Part shown: one piece after another, positions 35,584-37,109 of the stretch
How positions within the stretch are numbered: the stretch's first letter is position 1
Layout of the letters: each line of letters starts with the position of its first letter
Assembly (NCBI GenBank): GCA_021432655.1
Contig: MU271632.1
Coordinates: forward strand, 1-37,109
Source of the DNA: Atractiella rhizophila
Taxonomy: Eukaryota
Direction of reading: 5' to 3'
Length of the DNA stretch: 37,109 nucleotides
Notes under the pieces: generated by a model
Told to the model about the DNA's origin: nothing
Database searches by the model: none
The model's input: the letters and a program-made list of their open reading frames with translations, nothing else
Made by a program: the position numbers and the translations under genes

Positions 35584-37109
35584 CTAGTCGATGATATCGT
35601 ACAAGAAGCAGCCGGGGAACTTCTCCTTGATCTGCAACTCGAGCCAAAAGTAAGGAGTAATGTAACTAAGATCGGTTTCGTCGGAGGGTCCCGCTCCGCC
35701 TGTCAGAATCCCGATGATACGACCATCTCTACCAAGGACGATAGACCCGGAATCGCCAGCATCGGAGAACTTGCTGTGCTTGAAGCCGCTCACGTTGTAG
35801 CCTAAGACAGCAACTTCTAAGGAATCCTGATGGATGCCATACTTGTTGTAGTGGCGAGCAATTGATTGGAGACCGTTGACACGGCCGAATGTGGTGCGTG
35901 TCGATCGCCCATTCTTCACACAAAGCAAGGATTTCATGTCGTGAACGTCAAGGTCCTGGGGATTGTGGAATTCGGCTTCCGGGACGACACCAAGAGCTTG
36001 GAGGAGGCCATCTTCAGGGTACTTGTAGTTCGCTTGATCAGTAATCTGAGGATATAAGGTATTCTTAAAATGAACGGGGGTTACGTTCCCGCCTGTGGAC
36101 GAAGGATAAATAATTGTCAGATACAGTTAGGGCAATGAGAAGGAGAGGATGTACCTATGTATATCTTATTTCCCTTGAAAGATTTCCAGTCAATCTTATC
36201 GCGATATATCTCCACAAGAGCCCAATCCTGTGTATAGCCGTGGGGGGGGACTGAGACCTCCGAGTGAAGGACATGGCCAATGACTCTTTGGTGAGGGACG
36301 CTACGGTGTTTAGTCACTTCATCGTGAAGAGCGTTCGCCCGTTCGGCGGTCACCTCAGCCTTTCTGATCAAGTCCCTGTACTCCTCACGCGTCTCGGATA
36401 TCGTTGTGAGTTCTCCTTCGACCGGATCTCCCAATCGCTTGAGCGCGTCATTCCAAATTTCGATGTTTTCGAACTGTTCGCCAATAACCCCCATGATAGC
36501 CGTGACGGCATTGCCGTATGCCCCCGTACCAAGCGCAATTACATCTTCGCGTGGCTGTCCTGAGCCTGGTTTCCACGTCATGCCTGTATTTTTGTAAGCC
36601 TTCTGGGGTCGGACAACGTGGGCACAAGTAAGGAGGGCGACACGGTCGTCTCTACTACTGAGGCGGTAGAACAGCGCGCCTGTCCCTTCATAATGGGGAT
36701 ATTTAGCGGGTGCAATTGCCAGCCCAAGAGCGTCAGTAAATGGCATGCGTAGCTCGGGGAGTTTGTCCAACAGGGGATTGAACGAGAGGAGCTTGCAACC
36801 AGCGCTAGAACGATGAACAACGGATTCTACGAACGCGACCTCGATAGTGGGATGACCAACATCCTCGAGGATGCTCTGGACGGCAGCTCCGGCGGTAACT
36901 GCGTCGTCGTATTCGAACAAATTGGGTTTCACACCGATGGAAATGATAAAAGGGCAAAAGGGTTCAGCCTCTCCGGCGTCAGCGTAGGCGAGGGGATTGA
37001 TGGAGGTCAAGGGTACCGAAAGGGAGTCGAGTGCAGTCACGATACGCGTTAGGACAGATCCCCAAATAGGCTGAATCGAATGACGGTAAATGGGGCGGGG
37101 TTCTCGCAC
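35584..37109 (-). CDS. Trypsin-like serine protease domain protein (5' end outside window)
   Basis: LLTCAHVV (His), QDWALV (Asp), KNGRSTRTTFG, FSDAGDSGS (Ser); intron 36154-36093 joins the two ORFs in frame. Confidence 0.82.

Noticed and set aside
1..37109. CRISPR array, transposon, tRNA or rRNA
   Set aside because: No repeat-spacer array, terminal repeats, transposase/RT motifs or RNA-gene signatures seen by eye.

Overview
Eukaryotic, intron-dense fungal genomic DNA with introns of about 45-65 nt and several micro-exons; basidiomycete-like by inference. About 18 protein-coding loci were reconstructed by manual splicing: a QutC/Qa-4-like dehydratase, an SDR and a QutD-like permease forming a compact catabolic cluster; an intronless F-box gene; an intronless SUMO-SUMO-ubiquitin-like gene; an alpha-arrestin; NSE3 head-to-head with eIF4A; two tandem small paralogues; a second F-box gene; a divergent methylisocitrate lyase; zeta-COP; a double Zn2Cys6 factor; an O-methyltransferase; D-lactate dehydrogenase; an aldo-keto reductase; and a 5'-truncated trypsin-like protease. 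The most unusual signals are: (1) the non-canonical quinate-like cluster; (2) His->Arg in the KKCGH catalytic loop of the lyase; (3) a hidden second zinc cluster broken by two +1 frameshifts, plus a microsatellite frameshift in the F-box gene (biology or assembly error); (4) candidate poison exons in long introns. No rRNA, tRNA, CRISPR array or transposase was recognised. All family assignments come from recalled motifs, not database searches.
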